Virus record (IMG/VR): IMGVR_UViG_3300009079_000019
Location: 1-64,000 of that record
DNA from: an uncultured virus (IMG/VR IMGVR_UViG_3300009079_000019)
Taxonomy: Duplodnaviria; Heunggongvirae; Uroviricota; Caudoviricetes
Length of the DNA stretch: 64,000 bases
Strand: one strand, 5' to 3'
The notes under the pieces were generated by a model. It did no database searches. It was not told the DNA's origin and saw only the letters and a program-made list of their open reading frames with translations. This document shows, one piece after another, positions 42,681 through 51,188 of the stretch. The translations under genes were made by a program, and so were the position numbers. Each line of letters starts with the position of its first letter. Position 1 is the stretch's first letter.

Positions 42681-43589
42681 TTATGCGACCTGAAACCTCC
42701 CGTGATTGAAGTTAGCATAGCTGAAGACCTCACGATTGACCAGTTTGAACATACCAAACTCATTGGTCATCACATAACCCTCAGAATCAATACGGTTGCC
42801 GTTGATGTATGCTGCGGGACCACTATTGCGGCACAGGAACAAACAATCATCTTTGATTGACTTCACTAGTGCCCACAGTCCAATCAGTTTAGGGTCACAA
42901 TCAAAGTCCTCAAACGTTTGGGCAATGATAGCATCACCGGCACGAATACAGGCATTCAGTTGTTTCTTAATCTTTGCTGCTTGCTTGTCAGAAACAAACT
43001 CTACAGCAAGTGCCATAGCACGGGTAAACTTTACCACTTCCTCAACATCAGCGAAGGACTCCTGATTGTGAAGGATATAAGTATCTGGTTTGACAAACTT
43101 TACGCTGTCGGTATCATTCCATATGGCACGGTCAGGCATTGCAACCGCATCACGAATGTCGCTCTCGGCATAATAGCAAGTGTGGGGTGCGATGATAATA
43201 GTCTGCCGCACAATCTCAGAAAACTTATAAGTGATGGTGTTCGGAGTATACTCATTAGAACCACCAAACCCGATGAAGTCTCCCTGATAGATTGTCTCTG
43301 TACGGGGCAGATACTTAAGACATGCCGCTAGAATCTCAATCAGTGCGGGTTGCTCACCATACAGAGCAAACACATCTTCTTGAGTATAACAGATTTTGAT
43401 TTTGACTTTGTTGAAGACACTTTTGGTGCCAACAAAGAACTTACCGTTGGCAGGATTCGTGCCCCAAACAATAGCAGGCGCTCCGTCAATCTTTACACTT
43501 AGGGTGCCGGGATTCACGAACCAATCCAGAACGGTCAGGTCCCCGGTCAGGATAGAATCTTCGGGGTGTTCGAGGTGGGTGTTTTTCAT
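42681..43589 (-). CDS. Ligase-like nucleotidyltransferase-fold protein (DUF6267-like)
   Basis: HLEHPED, KIDG (motif I), QGDF, EGYV (IV) and FKLV (V). Confidence 0.65.
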   Translation of the reverse strand: MKNTHLEHPEDSILTGDLTVLDWFVNPGTLSVKIDGAPAIVWGTNPANGKFFVGTKSVFNKVKIKICYTQEDVFALYGEQPALIEILAACLKYLPRTETIYQGDFIGFGGSNEYTPNTITYKFSEIVRQTIIIAPHTCYYAESDIRDAVAMPDRAIWNDTDSVKFVKPDTYILHNQESFADVEEVVKFTRAMALAVEFVSDKQAAKIKKQLNACIRAGDAIIAQTFEDFDCDPKLIGLWALVKSIKDDCLFLCRNSGPAAYINGNRIDSEGYVMTNEFGMFKLVNREVFSYANFNHGRFQVA

Positions 43590-43655
43590 ACTGTTATTAT
43601 AAGGGGTCAGGAGGGGGTCTGGGGGGAACCTTGTGCCAGTTCCCCGAGTGGCACT

Positions 43656-43973
43656 CTATGCCAGACGCATACCTGAGAAGAAAGGAATTACGCCGTTTCC
43701 AGCATAATTTAGGAACCACTGTCCTTTCTTCTGGAATACACATTCGCCCTTAATCCCGTGAACCTGAAGAATAGCATTCAGGCGGGATTTGGTTGTATTA
43801 GACTGCCATCCACCATCAAACAATCGGACGAAATTATCACCAACCTCGGCAATCTTGTTGCCGTGAAGCAATACAACAGCGATGCCATCTGCCTGCACAA
43901 CGTTAGTATTAGCAGAACGAAAATCAGTGCCGTTGGTGATGGCATCGTTCATCAGGGATTCAATCTTACGCAT
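43656..43973 (-). CDS. Conserved-type cyanophage early protein
   Basis: MRKIE, LHGNKIA and GWQSNTTKSRLNA motifs. Confidence 0.75.
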   Translation of the reverse strand: MRKIESLMNDAITNGTDFRSANTNVVQADGIAVVLLHGNKIAEVGDNFVRLFDGGWQSNTTKSRLNAILQVHGIKGECVFQKKGQWFLNYAGNGVIPFFSGMRLA

Positions 43974-44043
43974 TTGGTGGGGTTGCTTGGTATGAATCAA
44001 TTATAAGGGGTCAGGGGGGGCAGCGGAACCCCCTCTGTGCCAC

Positions 44044-44268
44044 TTAGGCAACTGGCACAGCAGTTGCTGATTCTAACAAACCCTGAGCATATTCATCATC
44101 ATAAATCTCTTTAATCTCATTCACAATTTGCTCTTCAGTATAAGTCTCATACTCACGAACAAGTAAGTCAAAGGCAATAGTTGAAAGTTGGTCTACATCT
44201 AAACCCTCTACAATATCAGAAACATAGTTCTCAACGAACTGGGCGAATTGTGCTTTGTTAAGTGTCAT
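44044..44268 (-). CDS. Acidic small protein (paralog of 46846-47037)
   Basis: Bounded by repeats. Confidence 0.7.
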   Translation of the reverse strand: MTLNKAQFAQFVENYVSDIVEGLDVDQLSTIAFDLLVREYETYTEEQIVNEIKEIYDDEYAQGLLESATAVPVA

Positions 44269-44356
44269 TTGGATTTGTTTGGTATGAATGTAGAATAACA
44301 GGATTGAAGCAGGAAGTCTAGGGGTCTTGTGTCACCTTATCAACTGTCACATAGTA

Positions 44357-44602
44357 TCATTGAATCTGCTTAAGTTCTGCTTCAATAGCATCAGCAATCT
44401 CAGTGTAAATGTGGTCATATTCATCTAATTGATGAAGCACAGTTTCGGCAATCTCACGACTCACAGGGTCGGGATTACCATTCTCATCCATTACAAATAC
44501 ATCCTCATTTGTGTAGATCCAGTAAGCAACAGGAGCATCATTACCCTGTTGTTCAATCAAATGCTCAACGGATTCTTTGAGTTGTTGTAGAGTTCGTGCC
44601 AT
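44357..44602 (-). CDS. Hypothetical acidic protein
   Basis: ORF coupled within an operon. Confidence 0.7.
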   Translation of the reverse strand: MARTLQQLKESVEHLIEQQGNDAPVAYWIYTNEDVFVMDENGNPDPVSREIAETVLHQLDEYDHIYTEIADAIEAELKQIQ

Positions 44603-44778
44603 TAGTTGTCTCCGAAGTTGTTAGTGAGAAAGTCGTCAAGTTCAGTCAGGTCAGTATCACTCAACCGAGTGATATATTCTGTGATGATTGTTGCTAATAG
44701 GTCGGAATCTTTGAGGCAGGATTCATACAACAACTCTTCACGTTCAGAGTTAAAGTTTGGTGCTACGCTGTAAGTCAT
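44602..44778 (-). CDS. Hypothetical acidic protein
   Basis: Start MTYSVAP; TAATG overlaps. Confidence 0.6.
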   Translation of the reverse strand: MTYSVAPNFNSEREELLYESCLKDSDLLATIITEYITRLSDTDLTELDDFLTNNFGDN

Positions 44779-45017
44779 TAGTGAGTGTTGAGAACGTGAA
44801 CGAAATCCAGAGAACAGACACACCAACCGGCATAATCTGTCACCTCTTCAACTAGAGCATCGGCAACGACTTCATCATCATAACCATCATCAACTTCAAC
44901 CTCAAAGACATTACCAAGCACATCATCTAGAACTGCTTGTTGCTCTTCGGGGGTGAAGTCTAAGTCATCAAAATCAAACTGAACTTCAGTAACTTGGAGA
45001 GTGAGGGTTGCCATCAT
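44778..45017 (-). CDS. Highly acidic protein
   Basis: D/E-rich; GWCV motif. Confidence 0.7.
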   Translation of the reverse strand: MMATLTLQVTEVQFDFDDLDFTPEEQQAVLDDVLGNVFEVEVDDGYDDEVVADALVEEVTDYAGWCVCSLDFVHVLNTH

Positions 45018-45187
45018 CAATTAGAGGGAAAGTTAGCACAAACAGAATCACACAGAGTTTTTATCAATTCATTCTGTGTATTAACGTATTCATCACCCCA
45101 GGTATCCCAAAACAACGATTCAACGATACATTCAATGTCGCTCATAAGTTGTTCACGAGCACTCAACATTTCAAGTTTGGGATTCAT
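45017..45187 (-). CDS. Hypothetical 56-aa protein
   Basis: MNPKLEMLSAREQLMSDI...CANFPSN. Confidence 0.6.
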   Translation of the reverse strand: MNPKLEMLSAREQLMSDIECIVESLFWDTWGDEYVNTQNELIKTLCDSVCANFPSN

Positions 45188-45312
45188 TTCCTTAGGGGAG
45201 AATTGAAGTAGGAACGAAACACCGAAACCACGATGATTGCGGTACTGATGACACCAATCAAACCCAGGTAGGTTACGGCATCACCAGTGAAATTGTAAGA
45301 GTCAGGTGTCAT
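45184..45312 (-). CDS. Single-pass membrane peptide, 42 aa
   Basis: LGLIGVISTAIIVVSVF. Confidence 0.6.
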   Translation of the reverse strand: MTPDSYNFTGDAVTYLGLIGVISTAIIVVSVFRSYFNSPLRK

Positions 45313-45314
45313 GA

Positions 45315-45521
45315 TTAATTAGCAACTAGGGCGAGGTTAGCAACACGATCTTCAGGAACAAACTCCTGAAGTTTATTAGAAATGAGTTCAAATTGTTGAA
45401 TCATATTTTGATAATAAGCAGCACCTTGAAGGTCTCCATCATCATACACTCCTTCTTCTACAAGTTGAAGAGCAGAGATAATATCATACAATTCGCCAGA
45501 TGTGAAAGAAATCGTAGTCAT
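45315..45521 (-). CDS. Hypothetical protein
   Basis: Start MTTISF. Confidence 0.6.
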   Translation of the reverse strand: MTTISFTSGELYDIISALQLVEEGVYDDGDLQGAAYYQNMIQQFELISNKLQEFVPEDRVANLALVAN

Positions 45522-45522
45522 T

Positions 45523-45651
45523 TCAGTAATCAATGTTAGAGTTGAGGTAGTCATTTAGATTGAACTTTTCTTCATCAAGTTCACGAAGTTCGGGCAGGTC
45601 AAATATCTCACCGGGAGCATCAGCAATCTCACTCCAGAGTTCGTCAAACAT
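45523..45651 (-). CDS. Acidic peptide, 42 aa
   Basis: MFDELWSEIADAPGEIFDL...; first ORF after a repeat. Confidence 0.6.
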   Translation of the reverse strand: MFDELWSEIADAPGEIFDLPELRELDEEKFNLNDYLNSNIDY

Positions 45652-45908
45652 TTGGTGGGTGTCTCAGGTACGAATGTAATATAACAGGGTTTGTGGGGTC
45701 TCACAAGGGGGTCTGTGACACTCTACGAACTGGCATAGGAGACCTTGACAAAACTAGGATTATATAAAAAAAATGAGGAAGGTCACCACACCCTCCTCAC
45801 ATACAACACCCATAACCCTATTGATATAATATCACCACAGGAGTAACTTTTGCTTAATAGCAGGGGCAAACATCATTCCCCTAAATAATATAAAATGATT
45901 AAAATAAA

Positions 45909-46403
45909 ATGTTAGAGCATCCGGTACATAAAGGTTATTATATCACAAAAGATGGAAAAGTGATAGGAAAAAAAGGAAACTATTTAAAATCATATGTTTG
46001 TCCTAAAGGTTATTTAAAAATGAAAGTTAATGGGATGAGTAGGTTAGTTCATAGATTAGTTGCAGAAACCTTTATTCCAAATCCAGATAATTTGCCTCAA
46101 GTTAATCATATTGATAAGGACAAAACAAATAATAACATTTCAAACTTGGAGTGGTGTAATGAGACATACAATAATCATCACGCAAAAGGTAATTTAGGAA
46201 TTATCTATAAGATATTCAAGGATGGAAGGTGTTATGCAGAAACTGACAATTTGCATAAGTTTTCGAAAGAACATAATGTATCAAAATCGAGAATGTACCT
46301 TATCGTAGGAACAGGAAAAGAATGTAAAGGATTTAGAGTTGAGTTGAATACTTTAGAACGAAGAACTAAACACATAACCATTCACGAAGTCAAAGTCATA
46401 TGA
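45909..46403 (+). CDS. HNH homing endonuclease
   Basis: VHRLVAETFIPN, VNHID.DKTNN..SNLEW; opposite strand, AT-rich. Confidence 0.9.
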   Translation: MLEHPVHKGYYITKDGKVIGKKGNYLKSYVCPKGYLKMKVNGMSRLVHRLVAETFIPNPDNLPQVNHIDKDKTNNNISNLEWCNETYNNHHAKGNLGIIYKIFKDGRCYAETDNLHKFSKEHNVSKSRMYLIVGTGKECKGFRVELNTLERRTKHITIHEVKVI

Positions 46404-46775
46404 TAGATTCTGCTGCCAAGTTGCCTCCCAATCTACAACCAACATAGAGGGAACATCACCATAGACTTCGTTATAGAAGTCTTCGGTAAAGTCTGCTTCG
46501 GAACTATACACTCCACGGTATGCTTCTTCTACGTGCTCAACATACGAAACACCACCGTGATATTCAATAAAGGCATCAACTACATCATAACCCAGAATCT
46601 CACCAACACGAACATACTCATCATAATATGCCACGAAGTCATCCTCATTGTGCTCATCAATGAACTTGAGAGCATCATCTAAATCATACTCACCTTCAAC
46701 ACAGTTCTCTTCAATGAACTCAACAGTTTCCAGTTTCAGAACTTCTTTGTAGTTGGCAGTCATCGTGATAGTCAT
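46353..46775 (-). CDS. ArdA-like antirestriction protein
   Basis: Very acidic; YRGVYSSEADF, P..LVVDWE and DF..NGYVF match the ArdA C-terminal pattern. Confidence 0.65.
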   Translation of the reverse strand: MTITMTANYKEVLKLETVEFIEENCVEGEYDLDDALKFIDEHNEDDFVAYYDEYVRVGEILGYDVVDAFIEYHGGVSYVEHVEEAYRGVYSSEADFTEDFYNEVYGDVPSMLVVDWEATWQQNLSYDFDFVNGYVFSSSF

Positions 46776-46845
46776 TTGGTGAATTGCTTGAGTATGAATG
46801 TAGAATAACAGGATTGAGGCAGGAAGTCTAGGGGTCTTGTGCCAC

Positions 46846-47037
46846 TTATGCCACTGGCACATCCTCCAACAGTTCTGGATTGTATTCTGTAACCTCTGTG
46901 ATGAGTTGCTCATCAGTATAATCCGAGAGATTATCCTTCAGAGTATCATAAACCAGACACTCCATAGTTTTATAATCCATACCCTCAATAAGTTGTTGAA
47001 TGTAATCTTCAACTAGTTGTGCTCGGTCGAATGTCAT
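46846..47037 (-). CDS. Acidic small protein (paralog of 44044-44268)
   Basis: Bounded by repeats. Confidence 0.7.
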   Translation of the reverse strand: MTFDRAQLVEDYIQQLIEGMDYKTMECLVYDTLKDNLSDYTDEQLITEVTEYNPELLEDVPVA

Positions 47038-47110
47038 TTGGTGAATTGCTTGAGTACGAATGTAGAATAACAGGTTTTGGGGGGAACCGCAACCCCCCTT
47101 GTGACACTTT

Positions 47111-47323
47111 CTAGACTGTCACATACAACACTTTATCTGGTGCCCGATAGATATTCTCACCGTAGAAGACTTCCAACCGCAGAGTGTTACCATAGAAGTC
47201 ACTAGGTACACCATAACGAATGAAGTTACGTACGGTTGAATAATCACCAGTCAACCTACGGTGAGTCATACCAACATCGTGATATCCACCCTTAGCATTA
47301 GGTTTGGAGCAGATAATTTTCAT
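47111..47323 (-). CDS. Hypothetical protein
   Basis: Bounded by repeats. Confidence 0.7.
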   Translation of the reverse strand: MKIICSKPNAKGGYHDVGMTHRRLTGDYSTVRNFIRYGVPSDFYGNTLRLEVFYGENIYRAPDKVLYVTV

Positions 47324-47393
47324 TTGGATTTGTTTGGTATGAATGTAGAATAACAGGTTTTGGGGGGAACCGCAACCCCCCTTGTGCCACTAG

Positions 47394-47612
47394 TCAGACT
47401 GTCATATCCTGTTTCATTTTCGCAAGGTCTTCCATACAGTTAGGCATCATCTCCTGAACGTACTCATAGAAGTAAGAGTTATTCATCGATGCCAAACTTT
47501 GACGCTCTGCTTCTTCACTACCATCAACAAACTCAGACTCAGTATCAATCAGGCAGTCAATATACCAATCAATCAAGATTTGGCGTTGTGCTTTGGTGAG
47601 AAAAGTTGTCAT
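47394..47612 (-). CDS. Hypothetical protein
   Basis: Stop codon in palindrome spacer. Confidence 0.65.
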   Translation of the reverse strand: MTTFLTKAQRQILIDWYIDCLIDTESEFVDGSEEAERQSLASMNNSYFYEYVQEMMPNCMEDLAKMKQDMTV

Positions 47613-47759
47613 CTAGATTTGTTTGGTGTTTTGTTGGCGTTGAGAGTCTTTATCTTCTTGAAAGGGTGTATACTCTGGATGAGCATTCTCCCATTTGACT
47701 AGTTCATTAACCCAATCTTCCTGCCCTAATACGTTCTTCCAGAAATTATCGTAGTTCAT
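47613..47759 (-). CDS. Hypothetical 48-aa protein
   Basis: MNYDNFWKNVLGQEDW... Confidence 0.55.
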   Translation of the reverse strand: MNYDNFWKNVLGQEDWVNELVKWENAHPEYTPFQEDKDSQRQQNTKQI

Positions 47760-47761
47760 AA

Positions 47762-47968
47762 TTACACCTCTGCGAGCAACAGTTTGTGAATACGGTCTGC
47801 TTCTTCTAGAACATCAGGGTCTAAACGGTCCCACTCTACCCAATCATATGCCGACCCTGCAGTTTCATATGAACCATCAGATAGCAGCGGAGCATACATT
47901 AGGACCCGCTGATTGTTTGCGTCCAGTTTGTAAGTGCAACCGTTGAGTTCGGAGATGACGAAAACCAT
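47762..47968 (-). CDS. Hypothetical protein
   Basis: Start MVFVISEL after a repeat. Confidence 0.65.
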   Translation of the reverse strand: MVFVISELNGCTYKLDANNQRVLMYAPLLSDGSYETAGSAYDWVEWDRLDPDVLEEADRIHKLLLAEV

Positions 47969-48037
47969 TGAATTTCTCAGGTATGAAAGTAGAATATCAG
48001 GTTTTGGGGGGAACCGCAACCCCCCTTGTGACAGTTC

Positions 48038-48193
48038 TCAGATTGGCATAGTAATCCAAATTGCCCGATCAGTTCCCATAGTAAACTGATTGTCCCAAAT
48101 GAAATGTGTTGCCTCCTGATTACTCAATTGCAACTCATTCATTAGAAACACAAGTGCCTCTTTAAATGTAACGAACCGATGAGTTTGTTTCAT
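48038..48193 (-). CDS. Hypothetical 51-aa protein
   Basis: MKQTHRFVTFKEAL...ITMPI; stop in palindrome. Confidence 0.6.
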   Translation of the reverse strand: MKQTHRFVTFKEALVFLMNELQLSNQEATHFIWDNQFTMGTDRAIWITMPI

Positions 48194-48227
48194 GAATTCC
48201 TCAGGTATGAAAGTAGAATACCACCAA

Positions 48228-48476
48228 TCAGCGGCGTTTGGTAGTTTTCGGTGCCACCTTTACAACTGGCACATCAGTATCAACGAATGCCTGCAATTGC
48301 CCCACAATAGTATCAACGAACCGCAGCACGGTTTGAATCACCTTGCGGGTCTTTTCTGCGCCGTTGTTTTCTTTATAAGCACGAATGCCAAATTGTACAA
48401 TTCCAACAACGATTGCGGCGATGGTAGCAACATTTAGAATCAGAGTTTGGTAGAACTTAGCGACGAAGAGTTTCAT
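48228..48476 (-). CDS. Membrane protein
   Basis: LILNVATIAAIVVGIVQFGI. Confidence 0.65.
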   Translation of the reverse strand: MKLFVAKFYQTLILNVATIAAIVVGIVQFGIRAYKENNGAEKTRKVIQTVLRFVDTIVGQLQAFVDTDVPVVKVAPKTTKRR

Positions 48477-48604
48477 AATATTTGGGGTGACGAGGAGAAT
48501 GTAGAGAATTCCTCAACCACGAATGTAGAATAACCCCTCACCCGGCATTCCACAAGGGGTTCTGTGCCAGTTCGAGAATTGTCACATCATTATATCCAGA
48601 TACT

Positions 48605-48646
48605 AAAAAATCCTCCTATTCTTGATACGTTTCAAGAACACGAGAT
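48605..48646 (-). terminator. Intrinsic terminator-like hairpin
   Basis: UGUUCUUGA-AACGUA-UCAAGAAUA followed by GGAGGAUUUUUU. Confidence 0.5.
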
Positions 48647-48829
48647 AACTATATTCAGTTCGGTAATATTGGATTGTTCGCTATATTCGGCGCCGTGGGA
48701 AACCTATAGTTAAACCCTGTCCGCCTAGATGATATTTAAGGTTCACTTGGTTTCTTATATTCTGTCAGATTGACTCTGTATCCCGCAGGAGAGTTCAAGT
48801 GCTGCTCTATGATATAAGAACTCAAGTGA
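48605..48829 (-). ncRNA. Putative structured ncRNA
   Basis: TATAAATA at 48833-48840; 16/18-bp closing stem; no ATG on this strand; terminator-like hairpin plus U-run. Confidence 0.45.
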
Positions 48830-48870
48830 TTTTATTTATATAAGTTTGTGCCAATTAATGAAGTGGCACA

Positions 48871-49023
48871 TTACATCCACGGTTCGAGTTCCCTTATGCT
48901 AGCATAGACATCTTCGTCACCTTCGAGGTCTAGAAGGTCCTTCCAGTCGGTTGTTTCTAGGTCTAGGTCATCATAACACATAATGTCTAATGTAACCCGT
49001 ACAAGGCGCTTCTGGGCAATCAT
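48871..49023 (-). CDS. Acidic 50-aa protein
   Basis: MIAQKRLVRVTLDIMCYDDLD...EPWM; stop abuts palindrome. Confidence 0.65.
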   Translation of the reverse strand: MIAQKRLVRVTLDIMCYDDLDLETTDWKDLLDLEGDEDVYASIRELEPWM

Positions 49024-49061
49024 AGGAGTCTCGTTGTGTATGTGTGTGTATCTAGATTATA

Positions 49062-49208
49062 TCATGCATAGTGACGATATGCAAGTGATTCGTAATCATG
49101 TGAATCTCGTGCATAATCCTCATCTAGGTCTAGACTAGATGTATAATACTCGTCGAGATCTGTGTGGTCGTTTGTGTATGTATAGTCGAGATCGTAGTCG
49201 TCGTACAT
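49062..49208 (-). CDS. D/Y-rich peptide
   Basis: MYDDYDLDY...; overlaps the 12-bp repeat array. Confidence 0.5.
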   Translation of the reverse strand: MYDDYDLDYTYTNDHTDLDEYYTSSLDLDEDYARDSHDYESLAYRHYA

Positions 49209-49378
49209 AATACTCGTCGAGATTGTGTGTATACTAGATGATTGTAGCACAGATCTCGACTAGATGCAAGTGTATTCTAGACGAGATTGTGATAGTATAT
49301 ATGTGTTCTCGACTAGATTTTGTGTGCTTATGAGTATTCTAGACTAGATTATGAGATTTGTCAAGGTCTCGTCGAGAT
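49129..49378. repeat. Nine 12-bp quasi-palindromes TCT(C/A)G(A/T)C(G/T)AGAT
   Basis: Starts at 49129, 49148, 49181, 49212, 49254, 49276, 49307, 49338 and 49367. Confidence 0.85.
49241..49364 (-). promoter_or_regulatory. Two sigma70-type promoters
   Basis: TTGACA(49364-59)-N17-TAGAAT and TTGCAT(49269-64)-N17-TACAAT. Confidence 0.65.
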
Positions 49379-49416
49379 TTTGTGTGGGTCTCATAGTATT
49401 ATGGGGGCAGTGGGGC

Positions 49417-49445
49417 TTGACAAACGGTGAGTCTTATGGTATGCT
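49417..49445 (+). promoter_or_regulatory. Sigma70-type promoter (divergent)
   Basis: TTGACA-N17-TATGCT with extended TG. Confidence 0.65.
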
Positions 49446-49633
49446 CGCTTTACTTGCATAAGGATGTTTCATTTATAAGCATTCATAAGTATTCTAACAC
49501 ATTTATTCTCAATAATACATCATTAATGAGAAATTAACCAAGTATACAATCATATTTAATCTATTATAAGTACAAAACAAATTACTTTTTTCTACTAAAT
49601 ATTTTTGGTAGAAAAAACTAACCAAAAAACCCC

Positions 49634-50179
49634 ATGGATATACCCAAGATAAAAGGATTAAATGAAATACTCGGACTTGAAGAATACAATGATTACGGCG
49701 TAGATGCAGATGGTAATGTGTATAGTTGGAAGACTAAAAAAATAAAGAGATTAAGTCCCGGATGGGCTAAGAAGAGAGGTGGATATTTGTTCGTTAGACT
49801 AACAGGTAATAATGGTAGATTAAAAAACTTATTCGTTCATCGTTTAGTGGCAATGGCATTTATACCCTGCGATAATTTCTCATTAGAAGTAAATCACTTA
49901 AATAGAAACCAACAAGATAACAGAATTGAAAACTTAGAATGGATAGAATCTAAAAGAAATAAAAAATACAATAAAGATATTAAAGGTTTTACACTAAACG
50001 ATCACTTACTTATGAAGACTAAAGAAGTTCATGTCGCATCTATTCGTAAGGGATTACCAGTACCAGACGGGCATTCTTTTATGAATAGTATTTTTGAGGG
50101 TGCATTAGAGCAGTACATATCTCAGTATGGTCTTCGTAAGGTAATGAATCGTTTACCAAATGCAACTAATTGGGATTAA
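49634..50179 (+). CDS. HNH homing endonuclease
   Basis: VHRLVAMAFIP and VNHLNRN..DNRIENLEW. Confidence 0.88.
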   Translation: MDIPKIKGLNEILGLEEYNDYGVDADGNVYSWKTKKIKRLSPGWAKKRGGYLFVRLTGNNGRLKNLFVHRLVAMAFIPCDNFSLEVNHLNRNQQDNRIENLEWIESKRNKKYNKDIKGFTLNDHLLMKTKEVHVASIRKGLPVPDGHSFMNSIFEGALEQYISQYGLRKVMNRLPNATNWD

Positions 50180-50191
50180 TAAAATAGGATT

Positions 50192-50377
50192 TCATTTAAT
50201 CTTACATCCCCATACCCACTTAGTTTCTCCTGTTGGATTTGGATGTAATTCATAATACTCTTCCTTACCTAATCTTCTATACACATAATGAGTTCCATCC
50301 TCTCTTTCACAAACATATTCACACTTATGAGGTGAATAAAGACGGGCTTGGATTATATTATCCTTTGGATTTAACAT
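50192..50377 (-). CDS. Hypothetical protein
   Basis: ORF within an operon. Confidence 0.5.
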   Translation of the reverse strand: MLNPKDNIIQARLYSPHKCEYVCEREDGTHYVYRRLGKEEYYELHPNPTGETKWVWGCKIK

Positions 50378-50606
50378 CATATGTAATTACAGTTTTCTTA
50401 TATTCGGTATAAGAGTCGGCACAGATATAATGTTCTACCTTACCATCAACCTTACATCCCTCTTCATAAGCAGCAAGTAACCATTTGTACATCATATCCT
50501 TTCTCAGTTCCTTATCATCAATTTCTACATCACCATAGAAGCATTCACTCCGAAATGTATATGGTGTCATATTATCATTAAACCAAGTCTCAAAATCTTT
50601 ATTCAT
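50358..50606 (-). CDS. Hypothetical protein (paralog of 61464-61709)
   Basis: F..WF, FYGD and KW...Y..G pattern. Confidence 0.65.
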   Translation of the reverse strand: MNKDFETWFNDNMTPYTFRSECFYGDVEIDDKELRKDMMYKWLLAAYEEGCKVDGKVEHYICADSYTEYKKTVITYDVKSKG

Positions 50607-50824
50607 TTGTTACTACAATCTAAGAAATACTTATAAGTTGCCATAGAACTATCAGTATATTTCACAACCTCACATCCTTTATAAGTATCCACCACCTCAA
50701 ACTTTTGGTCTGGTGGTGATGGTTTTACATCCTCTCCCGGATTTATCACCATAAGCAGAGAAAGTAATCCCATACCAACTATAACACCAAGTAGCACTGC
50801 TCTGTAATAATCATTGGATTTCAT
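50603..50824 (-). CDS. Membrane-anchored small protein
   Basis: N-terminal TM segment; FEVVDTYKGC. Confidence 0.65.
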   Translation of the reverse strand: MKSNDYYRAVLLGVIVGMGLLSLLMVINPGEDVKPSPPDQKFEVVDTYKGCEVVKYTDSSMATYKYFLDCSNK

Positions 50825-50892
50825 AAAAACAAAATGAGAGAACTTATGACTATTATAGAGTATTATGAGGCAGAAGTCAAATTAACCTATGA

Positions 50893-51183
50893 TTAAGCAA
50901 ATACCCGATAAGGGGCAGTAGGACTTACCAGATACTGGTCCCATCCATCAGGTAACTCACCGATGTAGTTGATGTGCCATCCTTCCATTTGAGTAGCAGG
51001 AGTGATGAGTTCAAATGTTTCAGGGTCAAGCACAGCATCATTATTGTAGATGGTTCCTACAATATCCATAGCATGTTCGTGAGTATACTGAATGTAACTG
51101 CCCTCTGGTTCTTTATAGAGACCAGCAGTTATGGATGCGTATTTGAAGGTGTCTTCGTCGGGGAAGCGGAGGTAATTAGTCAT
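50893..51183 (-). CDS. Fibre-associated hypothetical protein
   Basis: DIVGTIY, GWHIN and P..PYRVFA; follows the fibre-like gene. Confidence 0.65.
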   Translation of the reverse strand: MTNYLRFPDEDTFKYASITAGLYKEPEGSYIQYTHEHAMDIVGTIYNNDAVLDPETFELITPATQMEGWHINYIGELPDGWDQYLVSPTAPYRVFA

Positions 51184-51188
51184 TGTGA

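Noticed and set aside
41161..48590. CRISPR array
   Set aside because: Intervals are 200-1400 bp and contain ORFs, the repeats carry -10 boxes, and no cas genes are present
48840..48900. tRNA (GGTTCGAGT resembles a T-loop)
   Set aside because: No cloverleaf or acceptor stem; it lies antisense to a plausible ORF
49129..49378. Mini-CRISPR array
   Set aside because: Units are only 12 bp and degenerate, with irregular 7-30 nt gaps
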